Positions 40,988 to 50,386 of a stretch of 64,000 bases of DNA are shown piece after piece; within the stretch, counting starts at the first letter, position 1, and each line of letters begins with the position of its first letter. Origin of the DNA: Candidatus Eiseniibacteriota bacterium (GTDB lineage: Bacteria > Eisenbacteria > RBG-16-71-46 > CAIMUX01 > VGJL01); contig CAWBWI010000005.1 of NCBI GenBank assembly GCA_963792585.1, positions 64,001 to 128,000 on the forward strand, read 5' to 3'. The notes under the pieces are model-generated. The model was not told the origin of the DNA and did no database searches. It worked only from the letters and a program-made list of their open reading frames with translations. The position numbers and the translations under genes were made by a program.

Positions 40988-42931
40988 CTACCTCAAGACT
41001 CGCACGGAGAAAGAGCCCTCCCAGATCGTTCTCGGATCGCTCTCGCCGTCGTCCCGGCGGAGCGCGTCGAGGCGCAGGATCGGCTCGAGAGCGGCGAGGC
41101 CCTCCCATCGCAGGTCGGCGGAGACGCCGCGGGTGGTGAGATCGGGCACGGCGCCCGGGCGATCCACCGTGGAGAAGATCCCGTGCGCTCCCGCGACGAG
41201 GTCCCGCATCGGACGCGCGGAGAGCGAAACGCTCGCGAGCCGGTCACGAATGCGCCCCTCCGCCCAGGTGATCGCCTCGACCTCGCGAACCGCGCGATAG
41301 AAGAACGTCAATCCGCAGCGCTCCCGCGTGCCGCCCGCGCGCTCCAGCCTTCGCACGCCGGCCCAGAAGCGCCACCCTTCCCGGTTCTCTTCATAGGTCA
41401 GGGCCCCGTAGGTGGGCGCGAAGTGGTTCTCCGTGCGCAGGCGGTGCGCTTCCCCCCAGAAAACTTCCCGGCCCAGCGGCTCCTCGCAGAGCAGTCCTGC
41501 GCGGTAACCGATGGCGTCTCGGGCCGGTTGCTTCCGGCTCGCGCGATCGCGGCGCCAATCGACGTACTCCGCATCTGCGGTGAGCCCCCTCCAAGGTCCC
41601 GCGCGGCCGAGCAGAAACCACCCCCGCTCGTCCGTTGGGGCCGGACGGACGTAGCCGCCCTCCCCGATGCTCCTTTGATCGTCGCCGATCGTGAGGTATC
41701 CCGCACGCAGGCCGAGCGGGGTCGGGAGTTCGAAGCGCGGATCGAGCGCGCCGGGGGCGCCGAGGTCGATCGATACGCCGCCCAGGGTCCGCCGGAATCG
41801 GGCCTTCTGCGTCTCGCCCGGTCCCGCGGTCGTCAGGATCCTCCTCTCCCAATGCGGGACCGCCACGAAGCCGCGCAGGCGAGCGAATCGGCGGGACCAA
41901 GCGGCGGTCGCCCCCTCGAACGTGTAGGCTGGGCCGAGGACTTCGAGGCTGTACTGCTGCAATCCGGCTCCACCGCCGCCGCCACACCCGCATCCGGACG
42001 CGCCCCCGAGCGGGGGCGCATCGTCGGCGTCCCACCGCTGCAGAAGCAGCGGAGAGAGGCGCAGAGGATAGGCGCCCAGGATCCCGGAGAAGCGTCCGAT
42101 GCGCACGTTCAGGCTCGCCGTGCCGTGCGGGCTCGCAAGTTGCTCGGCCCCCTCCGTCAGGACCGCATCCGTCTCATTGCTGACCCGGAGCCAGGGAACG
42201 AATTCGATGCCGCGGGCAAGGGGCCAGGTCATGCGCAGGTCGAAACGGGTCAGCAGGGCTGCGCCGTTTTCGAGCGTCTCGCCGTTGAGACCGATCTCCC
42301 CCGCCCGCGCGCCTTCCGTGCTGAGGAATCGAATCCGGCCATCGATCGAGAGATCCGGCCATGCAGGGATCGCCGACGACGACGGTCCGGCCGAAGCGAT
42401 CGCGGCGGGACGGCCGAGCGCGTCGATCGCCGCGGGCATGACCGGCTCGATCAGATTCGGGATCTGATCGTCGAAGAGGGACCGGATCTTCCCCGCGCGA
42501 TCGATGACGAAGACGCCGAGGTGGCGAATCCCGAGATCATAGTCGGCGGCCGTGCCGGCCGTCGCGTCCCACAGATGCGGCACGGGAACCTCTCGGTCCC
42601 AGAGCAGATCCTTCAGCGCCTGCGGATCGTCGGGGCCGAACAGAATCCCCACGACCTGTCCACCGCGGGGCGCGAGCGAGTCGGCCAGCTCGTTCATCCC
42701 GAGCGCGACCTGCGTGCAGCGCGGGCAGCCGCGATTCCAGATCACGAGGACGGTCGCGTCGCTCTGCGCGTAGATCGCCGACGAGGCGGCGGAGCCGTCG
42801 CCCTGCAGCCACGGCAGGTCGAAGGCGGGCGCCGGATCCCCGGGCGCGAGCGCGAACGCAGAACCGGCGGTTATACACAGAATGAGAATGATCAAGAAGG
42901 GCTGCCTCAAGGGAAATGCTGCGTGGCTCAC
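40988..42931 (-). CDS. Secreted redoxin (CxxC) fused to a probable beta-barrel domain with a GCGCG motif
   Basis: Signal peptide; 'GDPAPAFDL...WNRGCPRC...FVIDRAGKIR' AhpC/TlpA fold; then amphipathic beta strands; GGAGG RBS before GTG 42931. Confidence 0.7.
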   Translation of the reverse strand: MSHAAFPLRQPFLIILILCITAGSAFALAPGDPAPAFDLPWLQGDGSAASSAIYAQSDATVLVIWNRGCPRCTQVALGMNELADSLAPRGGQVVGILFGPDDPQALKDLLWDREVPVPHLWDATAGTAADYDLGIRHLGVFVIDRAGKIRSLFDDQIPNLIEPVMPAAIDALGRPAAIASAGPSSSAIPAWPDLSIDGRIRFLSTEGARAGEIGLNGETLENGAALLTRFDLRMTWPLARGIEFVPWLRVSNETDAVLTEGAEQLASPHGTASLNVRIGRFSGILGAYPLRLSPLLLQRWDADDAPPLGGASGCGCGGGGGAGLQQYSLEVLGPAYTFEGATAAWSRRFARLRGFVAVPHWERRILTTAGPGETQKARFRRTLGGVSIDLGAPGALDPRFELPTPLGLRAGYLTIGDDQRSIGEGGYVRPAPTDERGWFLLGRAGPWRGLTADAEYVDWRRDRASRKQPARDAIGYRAGLLCEEPLGREVFWGEAHRLRTENHFAPTYGALTYEENREGWRFWAGVRRLERAGGTRERCGLTFFYRAVREVEAITWAEGRIRDRLASVSLSARPMRDLVAGAHGIFSTVDRPGAVPDLTTRGVSADLRWEGLAALEPILRLDALRRDDGESDPRTIWEGSFSVRVLR

Positions 42932-43076
42932 GGTCACCTCCCGCTCCGGAATAGCACTCCGTCGGCGGCGCCGCAAGCGGCCTCCGCGATCGCCGCGGCG
43001 AGCCGTCTTTCTCTGGAGAGAGGCGCCTTGTTGGCTCCGCGGCGTGGTGGTACGATCTTCGCCGGAGGACAGACTT

Positions 43077-43646
43077 ATGAGCCGCTTTCCTTCCTTCCCG
43101 GTTGCGTCCGCCGCCCTCCTTCTCCTCGTCGCCGTCGCACTTGGAACGACCGTCCGCGCGGAGGACATGCGCCTCGCCTCGGATGACGTGTTCACATGGG
43201 GCGATCTCGGCGGCATCACGATTCAGCATGCCAACTGCGAGGGAGCGCTCGATGGTCGTGCGATCGACGGTCTCGACCTGCCCGGAGAGTGGATCCAGTG
43301 GCATCTGACCCTTACCGAGCCGTTCTGCTTCGTCGACTCCCTTCACTCCGCCGGCACGACAGACGTCGTGCGTGAGTTCGTCACCGAGTACATCTCCGAT
43401 CCCTTGTGGGAGACAGCGGGGCAGGACACGGTCTTCACGGCTCCAGGGGCCGGGGTTGGCTGATCGAGCGGAAACTACGACTGGGTCCAGTCGTCCGAGA
43501 TCCATTGCCTTCCCGCCGGAACCTACGTCATCAAGTTGACCATGTTGACATCACTGCGAACGAAGATCGACTGCCTCGATCTTTCGGGTCGCGTGATTGC
43601 GGTGATGCCGACGACCTGGGGAAGGATCCGCTTCCTGTACCGATAG
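43077..43646 (+). CDS. Secreted CBM6-like protein, probable selenoprotein (in-frame UGA at 43461 = residue 129) with a TTWG C-terminal tail
   Basis: GGAGGA RBS and signal peptide. Readthrough adds SSGNYDWVQSSEIHCLPAGTYVIKLTMLTSLRTKIDCLDLSGRVIAVMPTTWGRIRFLYR*, and a SECIS-like hairpin follows the UGA. Confidence 0.75.
43461..43500 (+). promoter_or_regulatory. Putative bacterial SECIS element
   Basis: UGA-N13-ACGACUG[GGUC]CAGUCGU perfect hairpin plus a lower CGG/CCG stem; apical GGUC as in the E. coli fdhF SECIS. Confidence 0.7.
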
Positions 43647-43649
43647 CGC

Positions 43650-45398
43650 CTATTCGAAGACCAGGTAGCCGAACTGCTTGGGCTCGAAGCCGATCGGGTA
43701 CTGCCAATCGGCCGAGCTTTGCTTCGAGATTTCCTTGCGCCGGAAATTGACCCGCCAGCTCGTCCCGGGCGTCGGCGGCACGAATCCGAGTTCAGCAAAG
43801 GGGATGACCGCTTCGATCGTCCAGCCCTCGGCTTCTCTCCCGGCAATGACGGTATAGGCGCCGTTCCACTTCGGCCCATCCCCCTCGTACTGTTCCGGCC
43901 CCGTGACCGTGAGCTTCTGATCGAAGATCGTCCCGTTGGGGTTCACGTAGATCTGGCAGAACGTCTTCTGCTCCGGATCGCCGCTCAGGAAGTAGCCGAC
44001 ACAGTCATCTCGGGTGACCGCCTGGTCGCGTTCGACGGCTTTGGCCGTCAGGCTGGCCCCGTCCGTTTGCACGCAGCGGGCGGCGAGGTAGAGATTCGCG
44101 GCGTCATATCCGAAGAAGAAGGTCGTCGGTTCGATGACGTCCGTTCCCCCGTCGGGCGAGCAGAAGAACTCGGCCTTGCCAGCGTGGGTCCAAAGATCCT
44201 CCTCGAGCGAACCGTCGATCACGGGCCCCGCGTCGAATCGGACCACCTGCTGGACACGACATGCGGGGAGGGCGGCGTCGAAGTGGAACGTCCGTCCCTC
44301 GCGATATGGGTAGTCGAAGCGGAGATGGGGCAAAGGATAGAACCGCCCGTTTCGAGCGACCTGGAACGGGATCTCCACTCCGTCGCCCGGGGGGAGGTCG
44401 ATCGCTCGTGTGGCCGGGTCGATCGACCACTGGGTCGATCCGTCCCACCTCAGATCGGCGCGCAGCGGCGCGGAGGTTGCGTTCCGGAGTCTGAGCGTTC
44501 CGACTGCCGTCGCGGCGCCCGTCCCTTCCCGAACGAGGAACGGCTCGATCCGCGCGTACTCGCTCTCCACCCTCTCGAAGAACTTCAGGTCGGAAACGCG
44601 CGTGGCGTCCGCGGGGCGCACGGAACCCTTCTTCAGCACGCCCCAGTCGAGTCTTCCGTCGCGCGCCGTACAGAGGAGGTACCCGTAGAAGGCGCCCCGC
44701 TCCTCGTTCTCATCCACGTACCCGCCGCTCGTTCCGACGATGGTGTAGGAAATGCCGTCGTAAACGCTCGTCCCGTAGAGGTGGAAGTGGCCGTTGAAGA
44801 CGGCGTCGACACCGTACTTGCGGAACAAGTCATGGAGGGGATCGGGCTTCTCCTCGGCGAGGGTGGCGTACCAGAACGGTTTGTGGAAGATCGCAATGGT
44901 CAACGCGTCGTTCGCGTGGGTCGCTAGGTCCGCCTCGAGCCAGGTGCGGTGGCCTTCGGCCGCCAGCCAGTCCTCGCTCGTCTCCCAGCGTCCGGTGTCG
45001 AGGATCACGAAGTGGATCCCCTCGCGATCTAAGGCATAGTTCGGCTCGTGCCCGGTGCGCTTTCTCCACTCGGATTCCATCGTGGGGTTGAGGATGTCGT
45101 GATTCCCTGGGGAGACGAAGAGAGGTTCGTGAAGGTCCTTGACGATGCCGTCGAATTCGTCCCACTGGGACTCGAGGGTCGGGACGTCCTCGGTGTATCC
45201 CTCGATGTGATCACCAACGGTGACGATGAAGTCGGGCGCGAGCGCGTCGACCTCCGCGACGATCGCTTCGTAGACGCCGGTTACATGACTGCCGGTCCGA
45301 TCGCCGATGATTGCGAAGCGGACAGCGGCCGCGGAGGCGTGTCCGGCGGCGATACTCAGGAGCAGAGCGATGGACAGCGAGGCGCGCTGCGATTTCAT
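43650..45398 (-). CDS. Secreted metallophosphoesterase with C-terminal CBM9-like domain
   Basis: GDRTG, VGDH, PGNHD, FHKP, GHFH; C-terminal 'IDGSLEE..W...YDAANLY...WTIEAVIPF'. Confidence 0.88.
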   Translation of the reverse strand: MKSQRASLSIALLLSIAAGHASAAAVRFAIIGDRTGSHVTGVYEAIVAEVDALAPDFIVTVGDHIEGYTEDVPTLESQWDEFDGIVKDLHEPLFVSPGNHDILNPTMESEWRKRTGHEPNYALDREGIHFVILDTGRWETSEDWLAAEGHRTWLEADLATHANDALTIAIFHKPFWYATLAEEKPDPLHDLFRKYGVDAVFNGHFHLYGTSVYDGISYTIVGTSGGYVDENEERGAFYGYLLCTARDGRLDWGVLKKGSVRPADATRVSDLKFFERVESEYARIEPFLVREGTGAATAVGTLRLRNATSAPLRADLRWDGSTQWSIDPATRAIDLPPGDGVEIPFQVARNGRFYPLPHLRFDYPYREGRTFHFDAALPACRVQQVVRFDAGPVIDGSLEEDLWTHAGKAEFFCSPDGGTDVIEPTTFFFGYDAANLYLAARCVQTDGASLTAKAVERDQAVTRDDCVGYFLSGDPEQKTFCQIYVNPNGTIFDQKLTVTGPEQYEGDGPKWNGAYTVIAGREAEGWTIEAVIPFAELGFVPPTPGTSWRVNFRRKEISKQSSADWQYPIGFEPKQFGYLVFE

Positions 45399-45524
45399 CT
45401 TTCCTCCAGGGCTGAAAGACCTGCGGCCGAATCGCAGGAAGGACTGCGAGCCGGATCATAGGCTGGGGATCGGCGGGCGGCAATCGGCGGATGGCGTGTG
45501 CGGATGGCGTGGCTCCTGAAGGGA

Positions 45525-45552
45525 AGGCCCGCCCCTGGAGAGGGACGGGCCT
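45525..45552 (-). terminator. Hairpin terminator after the Cys-rich paralogs
   Basis: Minus strand AGGCCCGTCCCT-CTCC-AGGGGCGGGCCT then TCCCTTC. Confidence 0.6.
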
Positions 45553-45576
45553 CTTGATTCGGCCGTTGCGTGAAGC

Positions 45577-46714
45577 CTAGCGGAAGTCCGCTTTGATCCG
45601 CCCCCAGGTCGTGCTCTCGGTCGGGAATCCGAAACATGGGTTCACGGGCTCGCAGGTCGAACCGTCCCCCATGTAGGTGCCGTCGTGGTCCGCACAGGCA
45701 TCGGCGGTCAGAGTTTCACAGTGGCCGTCCATGTCGAGACAGCAGGCGCCCGCCGGGGGGCACACCGTGTCAACGCAACTCGTATTGAATCCTTGGAAAA
45801 CTCCGGAGCAGTCCCAATCATGCACCTCAGTGCAGGTGCCGTCGTCCAGGCAGCAGGCGCCCTCGGGGATCGGCCCGCAGGGATTCGGATCGCAAGTGAT
45901 GCCGGGGCCGTAGGGCACGCCCCCGATCCGAACGCACTCCTCCACCTGCAGCATCTGACAAGTCCCGTCCGGGAGGCAGCAAGCTTCCGGCTGCGGGCAG
46001 GGGTTGGGATCGCAGGGCACACCGTCTCCGAGGTAGATACCCTGACACTCGATCCATGGGTGTGTAGATGCAGGATCCGTCCAGGAAGCAGCACGCGCCG
46101 GAGTGCGGTTGGTCGGGAATGCAGTCCATCTCCCCCGGAACGTTCCAGCGCATCGCGGCGAAGTTGAAGCAGAGATCCTCGATCGGCGGGCTGCCGTCGT
46201 CGACGAACTTCGCCTCGTTGGTGCTCGGATAGGTCCGCGTGCCGAAGTAATAGGTGTCGTCATCGTGCCACACGGCGAACCAGTAGAAGGGGAACGCATG
46301 GTCGTAAACCGGAACTCCGTAAGCAACGAGGTTCCCGCAGTCATTCAGCTCCGGCCAGCCCGTGTCGGGCAACTCGAGCAGCTGCGGCCCGCACGCGGAG
46401 TAACCGTCGATATACCCCTGAGTCGGCGGCAGGTTGTGGTGGATTCCAAACTGGAGCGCCGTCACGGCGGGGCTCGAGGAGGCCACGAACGCGGCCATCA
46501 ACCAGACGACCGTAGCCTCGTCCGGCGTCTTGTGGCTCGTGTTGACGAAGTCCTCGCACCGACCGGGCGTCGCGCTCTGGCAGTAATCGGCGGTCGCGGT
46601 GTAGACGATCGAGTCGTCGGTGTGGACCAGCATCATGCCGTTGACGTTGCGGCCGGCCCAGGACGGGCTCGCGATCAGCATCGCCACCGCCAGAAGGAGT
46701 GGCGGCCGTTTCAT
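45577..46714 (-). CDS. Secreted Cys-rich 'GACC' repeat protein with TTWG tail (paralog B; frameshift near 46062)
   Basis: N-part MKRPPLLLAVAML...GACCFLDGSCIY lies in one frame and C-part WIECQG...TTWGRIKADFR in another. The junction is in a CA dinucleotide run. Confidence 0.8.
45631..45894. repeat. 264-bp direct repeat, copy 1
   Basis: Matches 46777-47040 with 3 mismatches by manual comparison. Confidence 0.9.
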
Positions 46715-46722
46715 GGTCCCTC

Positions 46723-47877
46723 CTAACGGAACCGGGCCCGGATCTGGCCCCAGGTCGTCTTCTCGGTCGGGAAACCGAAACATGGGTTCACGGGCTCGCA
46801 GGTCGAACCGTCCCCCATGTAGGTGCCGTCGTGGTCCGCGCAGGCATCGGCGGTCAGAGTTTCACAGTGGCCGTCCATGTCGAGACAGCAGGCGCCCGCC
46901 GGGGGGCACACCGTGTCAACGCAACTCGTATTGAATCCTTGGAAAACTCCGGAGCAGTCCCAATCATGCACCTCAATGCAGGTGCCGTCGTCCAGGCAGC
47001 AGGCGCCCTCGGGGGTCGGCCCGCAGGGATTCGGATCGCAGGGCATATCCGGAAGGAACACGCCGCCGAGCGCGTCGCAATCCTCCGCAAAGAGGATCTG
47101 GCAGTTCCCGTCGGGGAAGCAGCACGCACCCGGTTGCGGGCAGGGATTCGGATCGCACGGCGTCAACTCGCCATACCAGACGCCCCCCATCGCTTCGCAA
47201 TCAACCGGGAACGCGACTTCCAGGCAACTCCCGCCGGGGAGACAACATGCGCCGGGAGGATGGTCTCCGGGACAGGCATTCTCTCCCGGCACTCCCCACC
47301 GCACCGTCCCGAAGTTGTAGCAGAAGTCCTCGAGGGGCGGGCCCCCGTCATCCACGAACTTCGCCTCGTTCGTGCTCGGGTAGGTCCGCGTGCCGAAGAA
47401 GGTGGACTCATCCCCGTGGTAGACGGCGAACCAGTAGAATTTGAACAGGTGTTCGTAGACGGCCGCGCTATAGGCCACGAGATTGCCGCAGTCGCTCGGG
47501 TCGGGCCAGCCCGAGTCGGGCAGCTCGATCGAGCTCGGACCGCACGCTCCCCACACGACGAAGTAGCCCTCATTCGTCGGGAGATTGTGCCGGATTCCGA
47601 ACTGGAGCGCCGTGACGCCCGGGCTAGACTCCGGGGGAAAAGCCGCCACCAGCCAGAGGATCGTCGGTTCATCGATCGTGTCGTTGCTCTGTGTCTCGAG
47701 TTCCAGACAGGATCCCGGGAGAGCGAACTCGGGATCGGTGCAGAAGTTGTACGTATCGGTGTAATCGAGTTGTCCGGTGTAGACGTGCACGACCATCGAC
47801 CCATTGGCGTTTCGGCCGGCGTTCGCGGCGCCGTTCACCGCAACAAGCGCCACCAACAACAATAGCAGATATCGCAT
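46723..47877 (-). CDS. Secreted Cys-rich 'GACC' repeat protein with TTWG tail (paralog A)
   Basis: Signal peptide, four 'GACC...C...C...CDPNPC'-type repeats, end TTWGQIRARFR; GAGGAGG RBS. Confidence 0.88.
   Translation of the reverse strand: MRYLLLLLVALVAVNGAANAGRNANGSMVVHVYTGQLDYTDTYNFCTDPEFALPGSCLELETQSNDTIDEPTILWLVAAFPPESSPGVTALQFGIRHNLPTNEGYFVVWGACGPSSIELPDSGWPDPSDCGNLVAYSAAVYEHLFKFYWFAVYHGDESTFFGTRTYPSTNEAKFVDDGGPPLEDFCYNFGTVRWGVPGENACPGDHPPGACCLPGGSCLEVAFPVDCEAMGGVWYGELTPCDPNPCPQPGACCFPDGNCQILFAEDCDALGGVFLPDMPCDPNPCGPTPEGACCLDDGTCIEVHDWDCSGVFQGFNTSCVDTVCPPAGACCLDMDGHCETLTADACADHDGTYMGDGSTCEPVNPCFGFPTEKTTWGQIRARFR
46777..47040. repeat. 264-bp direct repeat, copy 2
   Basis: Near-identical to 45631-45894 (offset 1146 bp). 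Confidence 0.9.
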
Positions 47878-47934
47878 GCGGTATCCTCCTCTCGCCCCGG
47901 GTTGGTTCCCTCGGTCACACCTCAGGCGTAATCA

Positions 47935-47963
47935 ATTATAGTCGTCGGAGTGACGAAATGCCA
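47935..47963 (-). promoter_or_regulatory. Putative sigma70 promoter for the paralog pair
   Basis: Minus strand TGGCAT-N17-TATAAT. Confidence 0.5.
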
Positions 47964-48043
47964 GTGCGGGTTGAGGGGTGCGGCGGAAGGCTTGCGGATG
48001 AGAGGATGCCCGGGTTGAGGGATAGACGCTCCCGATCTTCTCG

Positions 48044-49324
48044 TCAGGGCGCGGGCTGGATCTTCCCGCTCGCCTCGCCGAAGCCGATCCGCAGCCCATC
48101 GCGCTCGCACCACCCGCGCATCCGAATCATGTCCTGATCCTGTAGATACGTACGCGTCTCGCCGCTGGTGAGGCGGAGCGGCTCCTTGCCGCCCCAGGTC
48201 AGTTCGAGGAGGCTGCCGTACGAGTCGCGCGTGGGCCCGCTGATGGTCCCCGTCGCGAGCAGATCTCCGGGGCGCAGGTTGCAGCCTCCCGACGCGTGGT
48301 GCGCGAGTTGCTGGCAGATGTTCCAGTAGAGGTACTTGAAGTTCGAGCGGGCGATGACCTGGGGAGCGGCCATCTTCTCCGTCTGAATCGACACATCGAG
48401 GTGGATGTCGTAGGCGTGATCTCCCTCGCTCCGCAGATTGGGCAGGGGCCTCGGATTCTGGGACGGCCCGTCGCAGCGGAAGGGTTCGAGCGCCTCCATG
48501 GTCACGACCCATGGGGACAGCGTCGTTCCGAAGTTCTTGGCGAGGAACGGTCCCAGCGGCTGATACTCCCATCTCTGGATGTCCCGTGCGCTCCAGTCGT
48601 TGACGATCACCATTCCGAAGATCCGTTCCTCTGCCCGCTCGACCGGGATCTGTTCGCCGAGGGGATTTCCCGGCCCGACGAAGAATCCCATCTCCAGCTC
48701 GAAATCGACGGCGCGTGAAAGCCCGAACGTCGGCATGTCCGCATCGTCACGCTTCGTCTGTCCGTGAGGACGCCGGATCTCCCGCCCGCTGACGACGAGC
48801 GAGCTGGAGCGACCATGGTAGGCGATCGGCAGGTGAAGCCAGTTCGGCATGAGCGCGTTCTCGGGCCCGCGGAACATGATGCCCACGTTCGTCGCGTGCT
48901 CGCGGGAGGAGTAGAAGTCCGTGTAGTCCCCGACTGCCGCGGGCAGATCCATCAAGACATCCCCCATGGGGACGAGCGACTCGCCGCGCAAGGAAGCGTC
49001 GTCGCGCAGGGTCGGTTCGTCCTCGCGCAGCAATCGGCTGATCGTCGTCCGGGCTTCCCGCCAGGCTTCCCGCCCCATCGACATGAATGCGTTCAGTCCC
49101 GGCTGCCCGAAGACGCTCGCCTCCCGCATGCGGGGACCATCGAAGAGGCCGCGGCGTTCCAGGAGATCGAGATCGAGGACCATCTCACCGATGGCCACGC
49201 CGACCCGGGACGGTCCGCCCGCCCGCAGTCGGAAGACGCCGTACGGCAGGTTCTGGATCGGGAAGTCGCCGGCCGGATCGATCGGGATGAAAGAGCGCAG
49301 ATTCGGATCGGTCGTCGGGTCCAT
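48044..49324 (-). CDS. fahA: Fumarylacetoacetase
   Basis: DFPIQNLPYG, DYTDFYSSREHATNVG, YHGRSSS, DFELEM, NDWSARDIQRWEY, GPFLAKNF. Confidence 0.96.
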   Translation of the reverse strand: MDPTTDPNLRSFIPIDPAGDFPIQNLPYGVFRLRAGGPSRVGVAIGEMVLDLDLLERRGLFDGPRMREASVFGQPGLNAFMSMGREAWREARTTISRLLREDEPTLRDDASLRGESLVPMGDVLMDLPAAVGDYTDFYSSREHATNVGIMFRGPENALMPNWLHLPIAYHGRSSSLVVSGREIRRPHGQTKRDDADMPTFGLSRAVDFELEMGFFVGPGNPLGEQIPVERAEERIFGMVIVNDWSARDIQRWEYQPLGPFLAKNFGTTLSPWVVTMEALEPFRCDGPSQNPRPLPNLRSEGDHAYDIHLDVSIQTEKMAAPQVIARSNFKYLYWNICQQLAHHASGGCNLRPGDLLATGTISGPTRDSYGSLLELTWGGKEPLRLTSGETRTYLQDQDMIRMRGWCERDGLRIGFGEASGKIQPAP

Positions 49325-49342
49325 CAAGTCTCCGTTGGCGGT

Positions 49343-50239
49343 TCAAACGCCGTTCAGAATGCCGAGGGCGCGCAAGTCTTCGCGTGGCTCGTCGAAGCTG
49401 CAGCTCCCGAAGGACGTGACCGCGCTGCGACGGAGCGCGCGGATTCTCGCGGCGTCGATGCCCAGGTCCCTCCAGGAGAACGCTTCGTCGGTGAAGCGGA
49501 ATGCGGTCGGATCCTCTTCACGGATGATCTCCTCGATCACGCCGTCCTCCAGGGAATGTGCGTGAGCAAGAAGGGCGGCGCCGAAAACGTTGACGAATCC
49601 GTGCATCTTGGTCCCCACGTCGGCTCGAAACGATCGCACCGGGTGGTGAAGCCCCGCCGTCGCCTTGAAAGCGACGCCGTTTCTCCGGCATGCGCCGATC
49701 GCTGACGCGACATGCTCCGGGGACGGAAAGGCCGCGGCGGTCACGCCGCCGCATCGGAGCTTGAATCCGAGGCTCCCGTGAGCCTTGCCGCTGGCGGATG
49801 CGTCCTCCCCCATCAACCCCGCCACCTGCGCGATCGTACCGGCGACCTTCGGGGGCGATGCGGCTTCGTAGTAGATCCGGAACCCGTTCCCGCGCCGCGG
49901 TTCGCCTTCCTCGGAAAGTCGCGTCTCGATCGCCATCACCAGGCCATGCGACGCGAAGCGCTCATGGAACCGCCCGATCTCAGCGATGTCCTCTCGCCAA
50001 CCGGCGTCGAACTCCTCGACAGTGCTCCCGCCGCGACCCAGGGCCGAGATCCGAACCGGTACGGGAAGCTCGGCGAGCCGGCGAATCGGGCAGATGAACC
50101 TGCCCAGCATCCAGGCATCGGGCGTCCGCTGGTACTCGATGAACTTGTCGAGGGCTTCGGCGAGGGGTAGCTCCGCCGGCGGGAACATCCCCGCGTAGTC
50201 GATCAGCCCCTCGGCGAACGCCCGAAGACTCTCTCGCAT
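49343..50239 (-). CDS. Conserved hypothetical protein co-oriented with fahA
   Basis: Motifs LIDYAGMFPPA, FKLRCGG, FKATAGLHHP, HGFVNV, SFGSCSFDEP. Confidence 0.75.
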   Translation of the reverse strand: MRESLRAFAEGLIDYAGMFPPAELPLAEALDKFIEYQRTPDAWMLGRFICPIRRLAELPVPVRISALGRGGSTVEEFDAGWREDIAEIGRFHERFASHGLVMAIETRLSEEGEPRRGNGFRIYYEAASPPKVAGTIAQVAGLMGEDASASGKAHGSLGFKLRCGGVTAAAFPSPEHVASAIGACRRNGVAFKATAGLHHPVRSFRADVGTKMHGFVNVFGAALLAHAHSLEDGVIEEIIREEDPTAFRFTDEAFSWRDLGIDAARIRALRRSAVTSFGSCSFDEPREDLRALGILNGV

Positions 50240-50386
50240 GAACCCTCCCCGCCCATACTCCTCGCGCTCCGGCGATCTTATCAAGCCAGCGGGCCGAAGG
50301 CGACGGGGACGGAATCGAACGCCGACGACACATGCGGCACGGTCCAAGTTCGGGCCCGGCCCGATCGGTACCCTTTTCGCGATCGA

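Noticed and set aside
45631..47040. Repeat pair as a diversity-generating retroelement TR/VR
   Set aside because: Only 3 mismatches, both copies are coding, and no reverse transcriptase is in the window.
50295..50348. Minus-strand TTCGATTCCGTCCCCGTCGCC resembling a tRNA T-arm/3' end
   Set aside because: The T-stem does not pair and there are no D or anticodon arms; likely chance or a heavily decayed remnant.
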